Shown here piece by piece: positions 1 through 10,378 of a stretch of 64,000 bases of DNA; the stretch's first letter is position 1; the number at the start of each line of letters is the position of its first letter. The DNA lies in NCBI GenBank assembly GCA_036261265.1, contig DATALC010000054.1, forward strand, positions 61,884 to 125,883. Direction: 5' to 3'. Source of the stretch: Bacteroidales bacterium. GTDB taxonomy: Bacteria; Bacteroidota; Bacteroidia; Bacteroidales; VadinHA17. The position numbers and the translations under genes were made by a program. The notes under the pieces were generated by a model. It ran no database searches and had not been told where the DNA came from. It saw nothing but the letters and a program-made list of their open reading frames with translations.

Positions 1-78
1 TTTCTGTACCGCTTCCTTCATCTGGTTCTCAGATAAAACGGGAGTTGCAATGAAAACGGTTTCGTACTGATTTAACAT
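1..78 (-). CDS. rpsF: 30S ribosomal protein S6, first 26 codons only (gene runs off the left edge)
   Basis: A minus-strand ATG at 78..76 opens MLNQYETVFIATPVLSENQMKEAVQK. This matches the conserved S6 N-terminus pattern (YETVFI..P.LSE.Q). Confidence 0.7.
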   Translation of the reverse strand, partial: MLNQYETVFIATPVLSENQMKEAVQK

Positions 79-114
79 AATGATTAATTGTTATTTAAAA
101 AATATTTTGGTTCG

Positions 115-145
115 CAAAAGTACAATTATTTTACAATTTGACAAA
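115..145 (-). promoter_or_regulatory. Bacteroidota-type promoter (-33 TTTG / -7 TAnnTTTG) for rpsF
   Basis: The minus strand reads TTTG (145..142), a 19-nt spacer, then TACTTTTG (122..115). The -7 box ends 36 nt upstream of the rpsF ATG. Confidence 0.55.
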
Positions 146-152
146 ATTCAGA

Positions 153-219
153 AGTTCATAAAGTTTGTAAAGTTTGTAAAGTTTGTAAAGTTCATAAAGT
201 TTATAAAGTTTGTAAAGTC
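153..219. repeat. Tandem repeat with a 9-bp unit AAGTTYRTA, about 7.5 copies
   Basis: Read directly: aagttcata, aagtttgta x3, aagttcata, aagtttata, aagtttgta, aagtc. It lies in the rpsF/dnaX divergent spacer. Confidence 0.95.
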
Positions 220-241
220 AGGATAACTCATATATTAAAAT

Positions 242-291
242 ACTCAGTGACTTGCTCTGTGCAACTCCGCGAAACTTCGTGGTGAAAAGTC
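242..291. repeat. Interspersed intergenic element, copy 1 (ACTCAGTGA ... AACTCCG ... ACT.CGTG)
   Basis: Shares with 59832..59877 an identical 9-mer ACTCAGTGA, an identical 7-mer AACTCCG and the GA.ACT.CGTG blocks in the same order. Internally it is a degenerate ~10-nt periodic sequence. It sits 23 nt after the 9-bp array. Confidence 0.7.
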
Positions 292-362
292 CACAAAGTT
301 CTGAATTATGTCAAGCTGAGGTTTCATTTTTGATTTTCCTTTTATCCTTTTCCTTTTTCGTT

Positions 363-370
363 TATATTTG
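363..370 (+). promoter_or_regulatory. Candidate -7 box TATATTTG upstream of dnaX
   Basis: Matches TAnnTTTG and ends 24 nt before the ATG at 395. It overlaps the TTG at 368 that the ORF track used as the start, which argues against that start. No well-spaced -33 TTTG is present. Confidence 0.4.
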
Positions 371-394
371 TACGGCTCAGCCGCATTGATTTCT

Positions 395-2179
395 ATGGAT
401 AATTTTATTGTTTCCGCAAGAAAATACAGACCTGCCAGCTTCGATATGGTCGTTGGCCAGGCTTCTATTACAAATACACTTAAGAGCGCCATAAAAAACA
501 ATAAGCTGGCACATGCCTATCTTTTCTGCGGACCTCGTGGCGTTGGGAAAACAACTTGCGCAAGGATCTTTGCAAAAACGATTAACTGCAGCAACATAAC
601 AGCAGACTTTGAAGCCTGTGACAACTGCGAATCGTGCAAATCCTTTAATTCACTCCGGTCATTTAATATACATGAGCTTGATGCTGCATCAAATAATAAG
701 GTTGAAGATATTAGAAGCCTGAATGATCAGGTCAGGATACCTCCGCAGGTAGGTAAATACAGCGTATATATAATTGATGAGGTTCACATGCTTTCTTCAT
801 CTGCTTTCAATGCTTTCCTGAAAACTCTTGAAGAACCTCCGGCTCATGCTATTTTTATACTTGCAACTACTGAAAAACATAAAATAATTCCGACAATTCT
901 GTCACGTTGTCAGATTTTCGATTTTAACAGGATCAAAATCGAGGACATTGTTTCAAGGCTCATGTTTGTTGCCCGGCAGGAAGGAATTGATGCTGCAGAG
1001 GAGGCTCTACATGTTATTGCCCAGAAAGCAGACGGCGCTATGCGCGATGCCCTGTCAATATTCGACCAGATTGCAAGTCTTTGTGACAGGAAGATCGCAT
1101 ATAATGATGTGATTGAAAATCTGAATGTACTTGACTATGAGTATTATTTCAGGTTGGTTGATGCGGCTCTTATGGGCGATGTATCATCAGTATTGCTTAC
1201 TTTCAATGAAGTGCTTGAAAAAGGTTTTGACGGGCATAATTTCATTTCAGGTCTCAATAGTCATCTTCGCGATCTGCTTGTGAGCAGGGATGAAGTTACT
1301 CTCAGGCTTCTTGAAGCCTCACCAGTAGTGAAACAGAGATATCTTCAGCAGACAGGCAGATGTACTCCTGATTTCCTTTTCAGAGCATTGGAGACTGGAA
1401 ATAATTGTGACCTGAATTACCGTAACAGCAAGAATCCGCGACTGATTGTGGAACTTGCATTGATAAAGCTCTGCAGGCTTCAGAACGGAAACGGAACTGA
1501 ACCGGAAAAAAAAAAGCCTGACAATGTAGGTCTGCCTGAAAATCACCAAAAGGTCGCTCAGAAAGATACTGTTTCCCCTTCAGTAGCAAAAGAAGCTGGA
1601 AAGAAGATTGACCCGGTTAATCCGGAAAATGAACATTCATCTCGTGAAAGCTCGCCTGATGCTGTCGCTCCACATGCAACCCATGAGCCTAAAATTGAAC
1701 GTCCGGTTAAATCATTTTCTATTAAAAATCTGCTGAACGACAACCCCGTGGTTGAAGTGAAGAAGGATAAATCTGTAACTGAACAAGTCACAAGTGAAAC
1801 TAATGATTCAAGAGCTGACTTCAACGCTGATGCATTTGCTGAAGCCTGGAATGATTTCGTTGAACAGCTTGAAGGCGAAGGCACCAGGATTGTGAGTATG
1901 TTCAAATCAGTTAAACCTGAAATTGAGGATGACAATACGATTAGGATTCATCTCCATAATGCAACCCAAAAAGATACTTTTGTACTAAATTATAAGCAGA
2001 GACTTATAAGCTTCCTTGAAAGCAGATTCAAAGTTCCAAATCTGGATATACTCACTGCTGTCGATCAGACTGAAGAGGAGGAAATTCTGTATACAGATGA
2101 GCAGAAACAGAATTATCTGTTTGGCAAATACCCGGGTCTGAAAGACATGAAAAAACTGTTCAATCTTGATATTCCCTGA
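395..2179 (+). CDS. dnaX: DNA polymerase III subunit gamma/tau
   Basis: Walker A GPRGVGKTT, Walker B IIDEVHML, sensor SRCQ, and the zinc module CDNCESC. The conserved clamp-loader core is followed by a low-complexity acidic/lysine-rich C-terminal half. Start moved to the first ATG (MDNFIVSARKYRP). Confidence 0.93.
   Translation: MDNFIVSARKYRPASFDMVVGQASITNTLKSAIKNNKLAHAYLFCGPRGVGKTTCARIFAKTINCSNITADFEACDNCESCKSFNSLRSFNIHELDAASNNKVEDIRSLNDQVRIPPQVGKYSVYIIDEVHMLSSSAFNAFLKTLEEPPAHAIFILATTEKHKIIPTILSRCQIFDFNRIKIEDIVSRLMFVARQEGIDAAEEALHVIAQKADGAMRDALSIFDQIASLCDRKIAYNDVIENLNVLDYEYYFRLVDAALMGDVSSVLLTFNEVLEKGFDGHNFISGLNSHLRDLLVSRDEVTLRLLEASPVVKQRYLQQTGRCTPDFLFRALETGNNCDLNYRNSKNPRLIVELALIKLCRLQNGNGTEPEKKKPDNVGLPENHQKVAQKDTVSPSVAKEAGKKIDPVNPENEHSSRESSPDAVAPHATHEPKIERPVKSFSIKNLLNDNPVVEVKKDKSVTEQVTSETNDSRADFNADAFAEAWNDFVEQLEGEGTRIVSMFKSVKPEIEDDNTIRIHLHNATQKDTFVLNYKQRLISFLESRFKVPNLDILTAVDQTEEEEILYTDEQKQNYLFGKYPGLKDMKKLFNLDIP
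1506..1515 (+). other. A10 homopolymer inside dnaX (candidate frameshift / transcriptional slippage site)
   Basis: Frame 0 reads GAA AAA AAA AAG CCT (EKKKP). The -1 frame reads GCC TGA and the +1 frame reads AGC CTG ACA ATG TAG. The run lies just after the conserved core ends (..LIKLCRLQNGNGTEPEKKK). Confidence 0.45.
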
Positions 2180-2294
2180 AAACATTTCTTAGTTGAAGAT
2201 TATCAGTCATTTTACTGACAACTGCCGGATATTCACATTTTGGCCTTCTTTTTGCTTGTCTGTAAGTTTTATAAACTATATCGGAAAAATCAGC

Positions 2295-2302
2295 TAATTT
2301 TG
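2295..2302 (+). promoter_or_regulatory. Candidate -7 box TAATTTTG upstream of secA
   Basis: Matches TAnnTTTG, 35 nt before the secA ATG. Confidence 0.45.
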
Positions 2303-2337
2303 CACCGTATTTTGAAAATCTGAAATATTACAGTGAA

Positions 2338-5300
2338 ATGAGTATCATAAACAGTGTCCTGGGTATTTTTCTCGGGAACAAATATGAGAGGGACATTAAA
2401 GAAATCAACCCTTATGTTGAAAAAATACATGAAGCTTTTGAACAGATTGGTTCCCTGTCGAATGACGAATTAAGAGACCGGAGTGATGCGCTCAGGAGTG
2501 AGATTCGTAAAAGCGTTGAAAATCTCGAAAATGATATATTGAACCTTCGTCAGCAAGCTGAAAAGGAAGAAAATGTTGATAAGAAGGAAGAGACCTACAA
2601 TCAGATCGATAAGCTTGAAAAGCAGATCGATGAAAAGCTTGAAGAAACTCTTGATAAGGTGCTCCCGGAAGCATTTGCGATTGTAAAAGAAACAGCAAAA
2701 CGATTCAAGGAGAACAGTGTTATTGAGGTAACAGCGCGACAATTTGACAGGGATCTGGCTGCCACCCGTGAAAGCATCACTATAGAAGGAGATAAGGCGC
2801 TCTGGAAAAACAAATGGATGGCGGGCGGTAATGAGATAACATGGGATATGGTGCATTACGATGTCCAGTTGATAGGTGGTGTGGCTCTTCATAAGGGGAA
2901 AATTGCAGAAATGGCAACAGGGGAAGGAAAAACTGTCGTTGCCACACTTCCGGTCTTCCTTAATGCGCTTGCAGGAAGAGGAGTACATATTGTCACTGTA
3001 AATGACTATCTATCAAAACGCGACTCCGAATGGATGGGGCCAATGTATGAATTCCACGGGCTCTCTGTAGATTGTATTGACAAGCACCAGCCTAACTCTG
3101 CTGAAAGGCGTAAAGCATATAATGCAGATATTACTTTCGGAACAAATAATGAATTCGGATTCGATTACCTGCGTGACAATATGGCAATCAATCCTGAGGA
3201 CCTTGTTCAGAGAAAGCACCATTATGCAATTGTCGACGAGGTTGACTCGGTTCTCATCGATGATGCACGTACCCCTCTTATTATATCAGGTCCAACTGCA
3301 AAAGGTGAAAACCAGCTTTTCGATGAGCTTAAGCCGAAAGTTGATAAGCTTGTAGCTGCACAAAGAAAGCTCGTGACCCAGATTCTTGCTGATTCAAAGA
3401 AACTCATTGCTGAGGGCAAGAATGAAGAAGGAGGTATGCTTCTGCTCAGAGCTCATAAAGGTCTGCCAAAGAATAATGCGTTAATAAAATTCCTAAGCGA
3501 GGAAGGAAACAAATCTCTTCTTCTCAAGACCGAAAATTTCTACATGCAGAACAACAGCAAGGAAATGCCGAAGGTCACTGACGAATTGTATTTCATTATC
3601 GATGAGAAAGCTAATTCTATCGAACTCACCGAAAAAGGTATTGATCTTGTCTCTACTTCAGTTGAAGACGCCAGCTTCTTTATTCTCCCCGATGTGGGCT
3701 CTAAAATTGCTGATCTTGAGAAATCAGAATTAACAGAGAGAGAAAAGCTTCTGAAAAAAGATGAACTGCTTCAGGATTATGCAGTCAAATCAGAACGCGT
3801 ACATACGATGACCCAGTTGCTCAAAGCCTGGACTCTCTTCGACAAGGATATCGAATATGTTGTTATCGATAATAAGGTCAAGATTGTTGACGAGCAGACA
3901 GGACGTATTCTTGAAGGAAGAAGGTATTCGGACGGTCTGCACCAGGCAATAGAAGCTAAGGAAAATGTGAAAGTCGAGGCTGCCACGCAGACTTATGCAA
4001 CAATAACGCTCCAGAATTACTTCCGTATGTACCACAAGCTTGCAGGTATGACAGGAACCGCTGAAACAGAAGCCGGCGAATTCTGGAATATATATAAGCT
4101 CGATGTAGTTGTCATCCCGACAAATAAACCAGTTATAAGAACCGACAGGGAAGATCTAGTCTATAAGACAAAGCGCGAGAAATATAATGCAGTAATAGAT
4201 GAGATTTCGGAGATGTACAAGCAGGGACGTCCTGTACTTGTCGGGACAACATCAGTTGAAATATCAGAGCTCCTTAGCAGGATGCTTAAGATGAAGGGGC
4301 TCAAGCATAACGTTCTTAATGCAAAGCTTCACCAGCGTGAAGCCGAGATCGTTGCCGAAGCAGGAAAGAAAGGAACAATTACGATTGCCACAAACATGGC
4401 CGGCCGTGGTACCGATATTAAGCTGACTGAAGAGGTTAAGAAGGCCGGAGGTCTTGCAATTATAGGCACTGAGAGGCATGAATCGCGCAGGGTCGACAGG
4501 CAGTTGCGCGGACGTTCAGGAAGACAGGGAGACCCGGGATCATCACAGTTCTTTGTCTCGCTCGAAGATGAGCTGATGAGATTGTTCGGGTCGGACAGGA
4601 TAGCAGGAATAATGGATAAGCTCGGACTTAAGGAAGGAGAGATGATCCAGCATCCGATGATTACAAAGTCTATCGAACGTGCCCAGAAGAAAGTAGAAGA
4701 GAATAACTTCGGTATAAGGAAGCGTCTGCTCGAATATGATGACGTTATGAACTCTCAGAGAGAGGTTATCTACAAAAAACGCCGTCATGCCCTTCTTGGT
4801 GAACGGCTCAGTGTCGACATAGCCAACATGATGTATGATGTGACCGAAAACCTTGTCGGTACCTATCATGAGGATACTGATTTTGATGGCTTTGAGCTGG
4901 AGCTGCTGCGCTCATTCTCGATGGAATCACCTGTCAGGGAAGAAGAATTTAAGAAGGACAATGCCTCTGAAATAACAGAAAATGTTTATGTAAAGGTCCT
5001 TGATGCCTACAAAAGAAAGGTCGAAGCAATTTCTGCCCAGGCTTACCCTGTTTTGAAAGATGTTTATGAAAGGATGTCTCATGTTTATGAGAATGTAGTT
5101 GTTCCAATAACCGATGGCGTCAGGGTTTACCAGGTGATAACAAACCTCAGGGCTACAGCTGAATCAGGTGGTGTCGAGCTTGCCCGCGCTTACGAAAAAA
5201 CTATTGTCCTTGCTACAATCGACGATGCCTGGAAAGAGCACCTTCGGGAAATGGATGAGTTGAAACAGTCAGTTCAGAATGCCACTTATGAACAGAAAGA

Positions 5301-5643
5301 TCCGCTTCTTATTTACAAGTTCGAGTCGTTTGAGCTCTTCAAGACGATGCTCATTAAAGTGAATAAGGAAGTTGTGAGTACATTGATGAAAGGTCATATT
5401 CCAACACAGGATCCCGAACAGGTAAAAGAAGCTCAACGAAGAAGAAATGTCGACATGAGCCGTATGAAAACCTCAAGGAGCGATTCATCACAGCTCAGCA
5501 CCGGCGGACAGGAAAATCAGAGACCGCCTGAACCCGTAAGAGTCGAAAAGAAAGTAGGTAGAAATGATCCGTGCCCATGCGGAAGCGGGAAGAAATATAA
5601 ACAATGCCACGGGGCTCAGCAGGGTACGCCGGCTAATGCCTGA
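2338..5643 (+). CDS. secA: Preprotein translocase ATPase SecA
   Basis: 1101 aa with MATGEGKT (Walker A), [28 protein letters not shown], and the C-terminal zinc finger [14 protein letters not shown]. Confidence 0.97.
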   Translation: MSIINSVLGIFLGNKYERDIKEINPYVEKIHEAFEQIGSLSNDELRDRSDALRSEIRKSVENLENDILNLRQQAEKEENVDKKEETYNQIDKLEKQIDEKLEETLDKVLPEAFAIVKETAKRFKENSVIEVTARQFDRDLAATRESITIEGDKALWKNKWMAGGNEITWDMVHYDVQLIGGVALHKGKIAEMATGEGKTVVATLPVFLNALAGRGVHIVTVNDYLSKRDSEWMGPMYEFHGLSVDCIDKHQPNSAERRKAYNADITFGTNNEFGFDYLRDNMAINPEDLVQRKHHYAIVDEVDSVLIDDARTPLIISGPTAKGENQLFDELKPKVDKLVAAQRKLVTQILADSKKLIAEGKNEEGGMLLLRAHKGLPKNNALIKFLSEEGNKSLLLKTENFYMQNNSKEMPKVTDELYFIIDEKANSIELTEKGIDLVSTSVEDASFFILPDVGSKIADLEKSELTEREKLLKKDELLQDYAVKSERVHTMTQLLKAWTLFDKDIEYVVIDNKVKIVDEQTGRILEGRRYSDGLHQAIEAKENVKVEAATQTYATITLQNYFRMYHKLAGMTGTAETEAGEFWNIYKLDVVVIPTNKPVIRTDREDLVYKTKREKYNAVIDEISEMYKQGRPVLVGTTSVEISELLSRMLKMKGLKHNVLNAKLHQREAEIVAEAGKKGTITIATNMAGRGTDIKLTEEVKKAGGLAIIGTERHESRRVDRQLRGRSGRQGDPGSSQFFVSLEDELMRLFGSDRIAGIMDKLGLKEGEMIQHPMITKSIERAQKKVEENNFGIRKRLLEYDDVMNSQREVIYKKRRHALLGERLSVDIANMMYDVTENLVGTYHEDTDFDGFELELLRSFSMESPVREEEFKKDNASEITENVYVKVLDAYKRKVEAISAQAYPVLKDVYERMSHVYENVVVPITDGVRVYQVITNLRATAESGGVELARAYEKTIVLATIDDAWKEHLREMDELKQSVQNATYEQKDPLLIYKFESFELFKTMLIKVNKEVVSTLMKGHIPTQDPEQVKEAQRRRNVDMSRMKTSRSDSSQLSTGGQENQRPPEPVRVEKKVGRNDPCPCGSGKKYKQCHGAQQGTPANA

Positions 5644-5646
5644 GAA

Positions 5647-5687
5647 ATTATAAAGGCAGCAAATTCAAAACTTGCTGCCTTTATAAT
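5647..5687. terminator. Bidirectional intrinsic terminator between convergent secA and dapA
   Basis: A perfect 16-bp inverted repeat, attataaaggcagcaa / ttgctgcctttataat, with a 9-nt loop. Both flanks are A/T-rich. Confidence 0.8.
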
Positions 5688-5693
5688 TTGAGC

Positions 5694-6572
5694 TCATCTG
5701 ACCTCTTTCATCGCTTTCAGAATTTTTTCCAGTGTTATTTTATTAACAGTAACAAGGGGTAGCCTGAGGGTGTTCTGACAGATATTCATCTGGTTAAGCA
5801 TTGCCTTGACTCCCGATGGATTTCCATCGGCGAAAAGCAATTCAATCATCTCCATGAAACGGAAGTGCATCTCACGTGAAGTTTTGAAATTACCTTTTAA
5901 AGCGTTGTTTACTATCTCACTTGTCTGAGAAGGGTATGCATTTGCAAGAACAGAAATAACTCCTGAACCTCCGGCTGCTATAACAGGTACTGTCATTGCA
6001 TCATCTCCGGAGATAACACTGAAATTGTCTGGTTTGTTCCTGATTATCTTCATTATCTGGGTAAGATCTCCTGAAGCTTCTTTAACAGCAACAATATTAT
6101 CGCATTCATTCGCAAGTTCAAGGCAAGTCTCAGCAGTCACATTACAACCTGTCCTCCCGGGAACATTATAAAGAATGACCGGTAGGGGACAACTGTTTGC
6201 AAAAGCTTTAAAATGCTGAAATAAACCCCTTTGCCCGGGTTTGTTATAATAAGGAGCAACTGATAGTACCCCGTCAACCCCTGTGAGATCTGATTCACGA
6301 ACAAAATTTATTATTTCCTGCGTGTTGTTTCCGCCTATGCCAACAACTACAGGTACCCTTTTATTAACTGTTTCAATGACCTGGGATATTACTGCATATT
6401 TCTCATCTTTAGTGAGTGTTGCCGACTCTCCAGTAGTGCCGAGAGCCACAATATAGTTGACTCCTCCCTCGATCACGTGGTTAACAACTCTGCCCAAAGC
6501 AGCAAAATCAATACTTAAATCATTTTTAAAAGGAGTAACGATGGCAACTCCTGTGCCTTTGAATTTTTTCAT
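5694..6572 (-). CDS. dapA: 4-hydroxy-tetrahydrodipicolinate synthase
   Basis: 292 aa. Has the GTTGES motif, the active-site region AVKEASGD, and DapA-like length and layout. Confidence 0.93.
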   Translation of the reverse strand: MKKFKGTGVAIVTPFKNDLSIDFAALGRVVNHVIEGGVNYIVALGTTGESATLTKDEKYAVISQVIETVNKRVPVVVGIGGNNTQEIINFVRESDLTGVDGVLSVAPYYNKPGQRGLFQHFKAFANSCPLPVILYNVPGRTGCNVTAETCLELANECDNIVAVKEASGDLTQIMKIIRNKPDNFSVISGDDAMTVPVIAAGGSGVISVLANAYPSQTSEIVNNALKGNFKTSREMHFRFMEMIELLFADGNPSGVKAMLNQMNICQNTLRLPLVTVNKITLEKILKAMKEVR

Positions 6573-6587
6573 CTGGGGTTTTAAAGG

Positions 6588-7157
6588 TTAATGTATTTTT
6601 TCTGCCTGCTCTGCATGGATCATCTCAAGGTAATGTATTGTCTGTTCCAGGAAGGTATCAACTCTCACAGGCTTTTTCAGATCGATCATAAGATCGAAGC
6701 CGTTTCCGCTTTTTTCATGCTCCGATAATCCTACTTTAAGAGCCGCATTCGACAGCGAGGATATATATTTAAGCGGAAGAAGATTTTTAAAATTAATATC
6801 GATCAGGACATCAAATCTCTTATTAATGAATGACTCTGCTTCGTATGAGACAGGTAAGTAAAAGAAACTGACTTCCTCCCGTCTTAAGCAGTTAAGATAT
6901 CTCTGGGCTGTATACCTGTCAGGCAGGTTTTTACCGGCGTAATACCCGATTATTTTAACTTCAACCTGCTTCTCATTCATAGTCTGGCAGAACTTCGACA
7001 GGTATGCGAAATCATCAACCTGTGAAGCATCCCATACTATACCGATCTTCTTTACAAATTCGATATTTGAATAACAGACTTTTCTTTTGATCTTTTCAAC
7101 CTTCTTTCTCAGAATGTTATTCCCGATCTTCAGTCTGATATTTTTAATCAGTTCCAT
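6588..7157 (-). CDS. Hypothetical protein (189 aa) between ligA and dapA
   Basis: ATG-initiated ORF packed into the ligA-dapA co-oriented gene string (15-nt gap to dapA). I recognise no motif. Confidence 0.6.
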   Translation of the reverse strand: MELIKNIRLKIGNNILRKKVEKIKRKVCYSNIEFVKKIGIVWDASQVDDFAYLSKFCQTMNEKQVEVKIIGYYAGKNLPDRYTAQRYLNCLRREEVSFFYLPVSYEAESFINKRFDVLIDINFKNLLPLKYISSLSNAALKVGLSEHEKSGNGFDLMIDLKKPVRVDTFLEQTIHYLEMIHAEQAEKIH

Positions 7158-7200
7158 AATACAAACCTAACAGTTTTTTGTAAAAAACATAATTAAAATG

Positions 7201-9222
<2,022 letters not shown>

Positions 9223-10365
9223 TTAAGTCTTCTTCCAGACACCATCTATCATTGTCCCGCATTTAATGCACTTGCCGTCATGAATTGTGTTTTCAGCTAT
9301 TCTGAATCCTTTTCTTCCGATTACCCTTGAATTGCATTTGGGACAGAAAGTGTTGGATATTTCACTTCCCGGAATGTTACCGGTATAAACATATTTTAAA
9401 CCTTCATGTTTAGCAATTTCATGCGCTTTCTGCAACATATCTGCAGGCGTTGGAGGAAGCTGTTCTAGCTTATGAAGAGGATAAAAGCGGCTGAAATGAA
9501 GAGGTGTATTGCTGAATCCGTTTGATGCAAGCCATTTGCACATTTCCCTTATCTCTTCTGTCTTATCAGTATATGTCGGAACAATCAGGTTCGTTATCTC
9601 GAGCCATACACCCATATCACGGTACATTTTCAGTGATTCAAGAACCGGTTGAAGACGGGCTCCGCTTAGTTTAAGATATGTTGAATCGTTGAAGGATTTG
9701 AGATCGATATTTGCGGCATCAATAACTGAACAAAGCTTTTTCAAAGGTTCAGGATTGATATAACCATTCGATTTTATAATGTTTTTAATTCCTGCTTTTC
9801 TGGCAGCAGTGGCTGTTTCAAAAACGTATTCATAAAAAGTTGTCGGCTCAGAGTAGGTATATGCTATTGAGGCACAACCTCCTTTTATTGCTTCAGTAAC
9901 TACATCAGAAGGTGGAAGATCATAATTCTTTGTAGTTTCAGGACTCGACTGGGAGATTGTCCAGTTCTGGCAATTGAGGCACGCAAGATTACAGCCTGCA
10001 GTTGCTATCGAAAAAGCCCTTGAACCCGGAAGAAAATGATACAGAGGCTTTTTCTCAACAGGATCAATCGCTACTGAACACGGGTTTCCGAAAGCAAGGG
10101 TGTACAGTTTTGAGTTCTGAACTTTTTTGTTCCTGCATTTGCTTGTTTCACCTTCTTTGAGAACACATTCATTCGGACACACAAGGCACATGATGCCTCG
10201 TGGAGTTTCCTCCTGGAACATAGCCTCTTTTTTGTGCAAAATCTGTATCCCCCTGGCATTACCGGCAAATGTTCCGTATGGAAAACAGATCAATCCTGCC
10301 GACAGAGCGAGTGATTGTTTCAGAAATTTCCGTTTGCTTATATTTCCGTGCTTATAATGCATCAT
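9223..10365 (-). CDS. AmmeMemoRadiSam-system radical SAM enzyme with a Tat-like N-terminal leader
   Basis: Radical SAM motif CNLACLNC, N-terminal CLVCPNEC..C, and C-terminal CPKC..CIKC, which is the pyruvate-formate-lyase-activase-like AmrS layout. The first ~45 aa read SKRKFLKQSLALSAGLICFPYGTFAG. An alternative canonical start is the internal Met at 10221 (MFQEETPRG). Confidence 0.85.
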   Translation of the reverse strand: MMHYKHGNISKRKFLKQSLALSAGLICFPYGTFAGNARGIQILHKKEAMFQEETPRGIMCLVCPNECVLKEGETSKCRNKKVQNSKLYTLAFGNPCSVAIDPVEKKPLYHFLPGSRAFSIATAGCNLACLNCQNWTISQSSPETTKNYDLPPSDVVTEAIKGGCASIAYTYSEPTTFYEYVFETATAARKAGIKNIIKSNGYINPEPLKKLCSVIDAANIDLKSFNDSTYLKLSGARLQPVLESLKMYRDMGVWLEITNLIVPTYTDKTEEIREMCKWLASNGFSNTPLHFSRFYPLHKLEQLPPTPADMLQKAHEIAKHEGLKYVYTGNIPGSEISNTFCPKCNSRVIGRKGFRIAENTIHDGKCIKCGTMIDGVWKKT

Positions 10366-10378
10366 TCTTCAATTTTAT

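Noticed and set aside
244-501. Track ORF (85 aa) on the minus strand ending ...PRSFAELHRASH
   Set aside because: It is antisense to the dnaX 5' end and promoter. Its C-terminal part is the translation of the interspersed repeat block at 242..291. No promoter or coding signal is visible.
1558-1935. Antisense shadow ORFs inside long genes: 1558..1935, 2470..2988, 7250..7696, 8543..8992, 10269..10670, 11946..12293, 16818..17195, 27783..28103, 37721..38116, 39022..39381, 41380..41778, 58803..59213, 59957..60331 and 61877..62212
   Set aside because: Each lies fully within a well-supported gene on the opposite strand and has Ser/Leu/Cys-rich composition typical of antisense frames. None has a recognisable motif.
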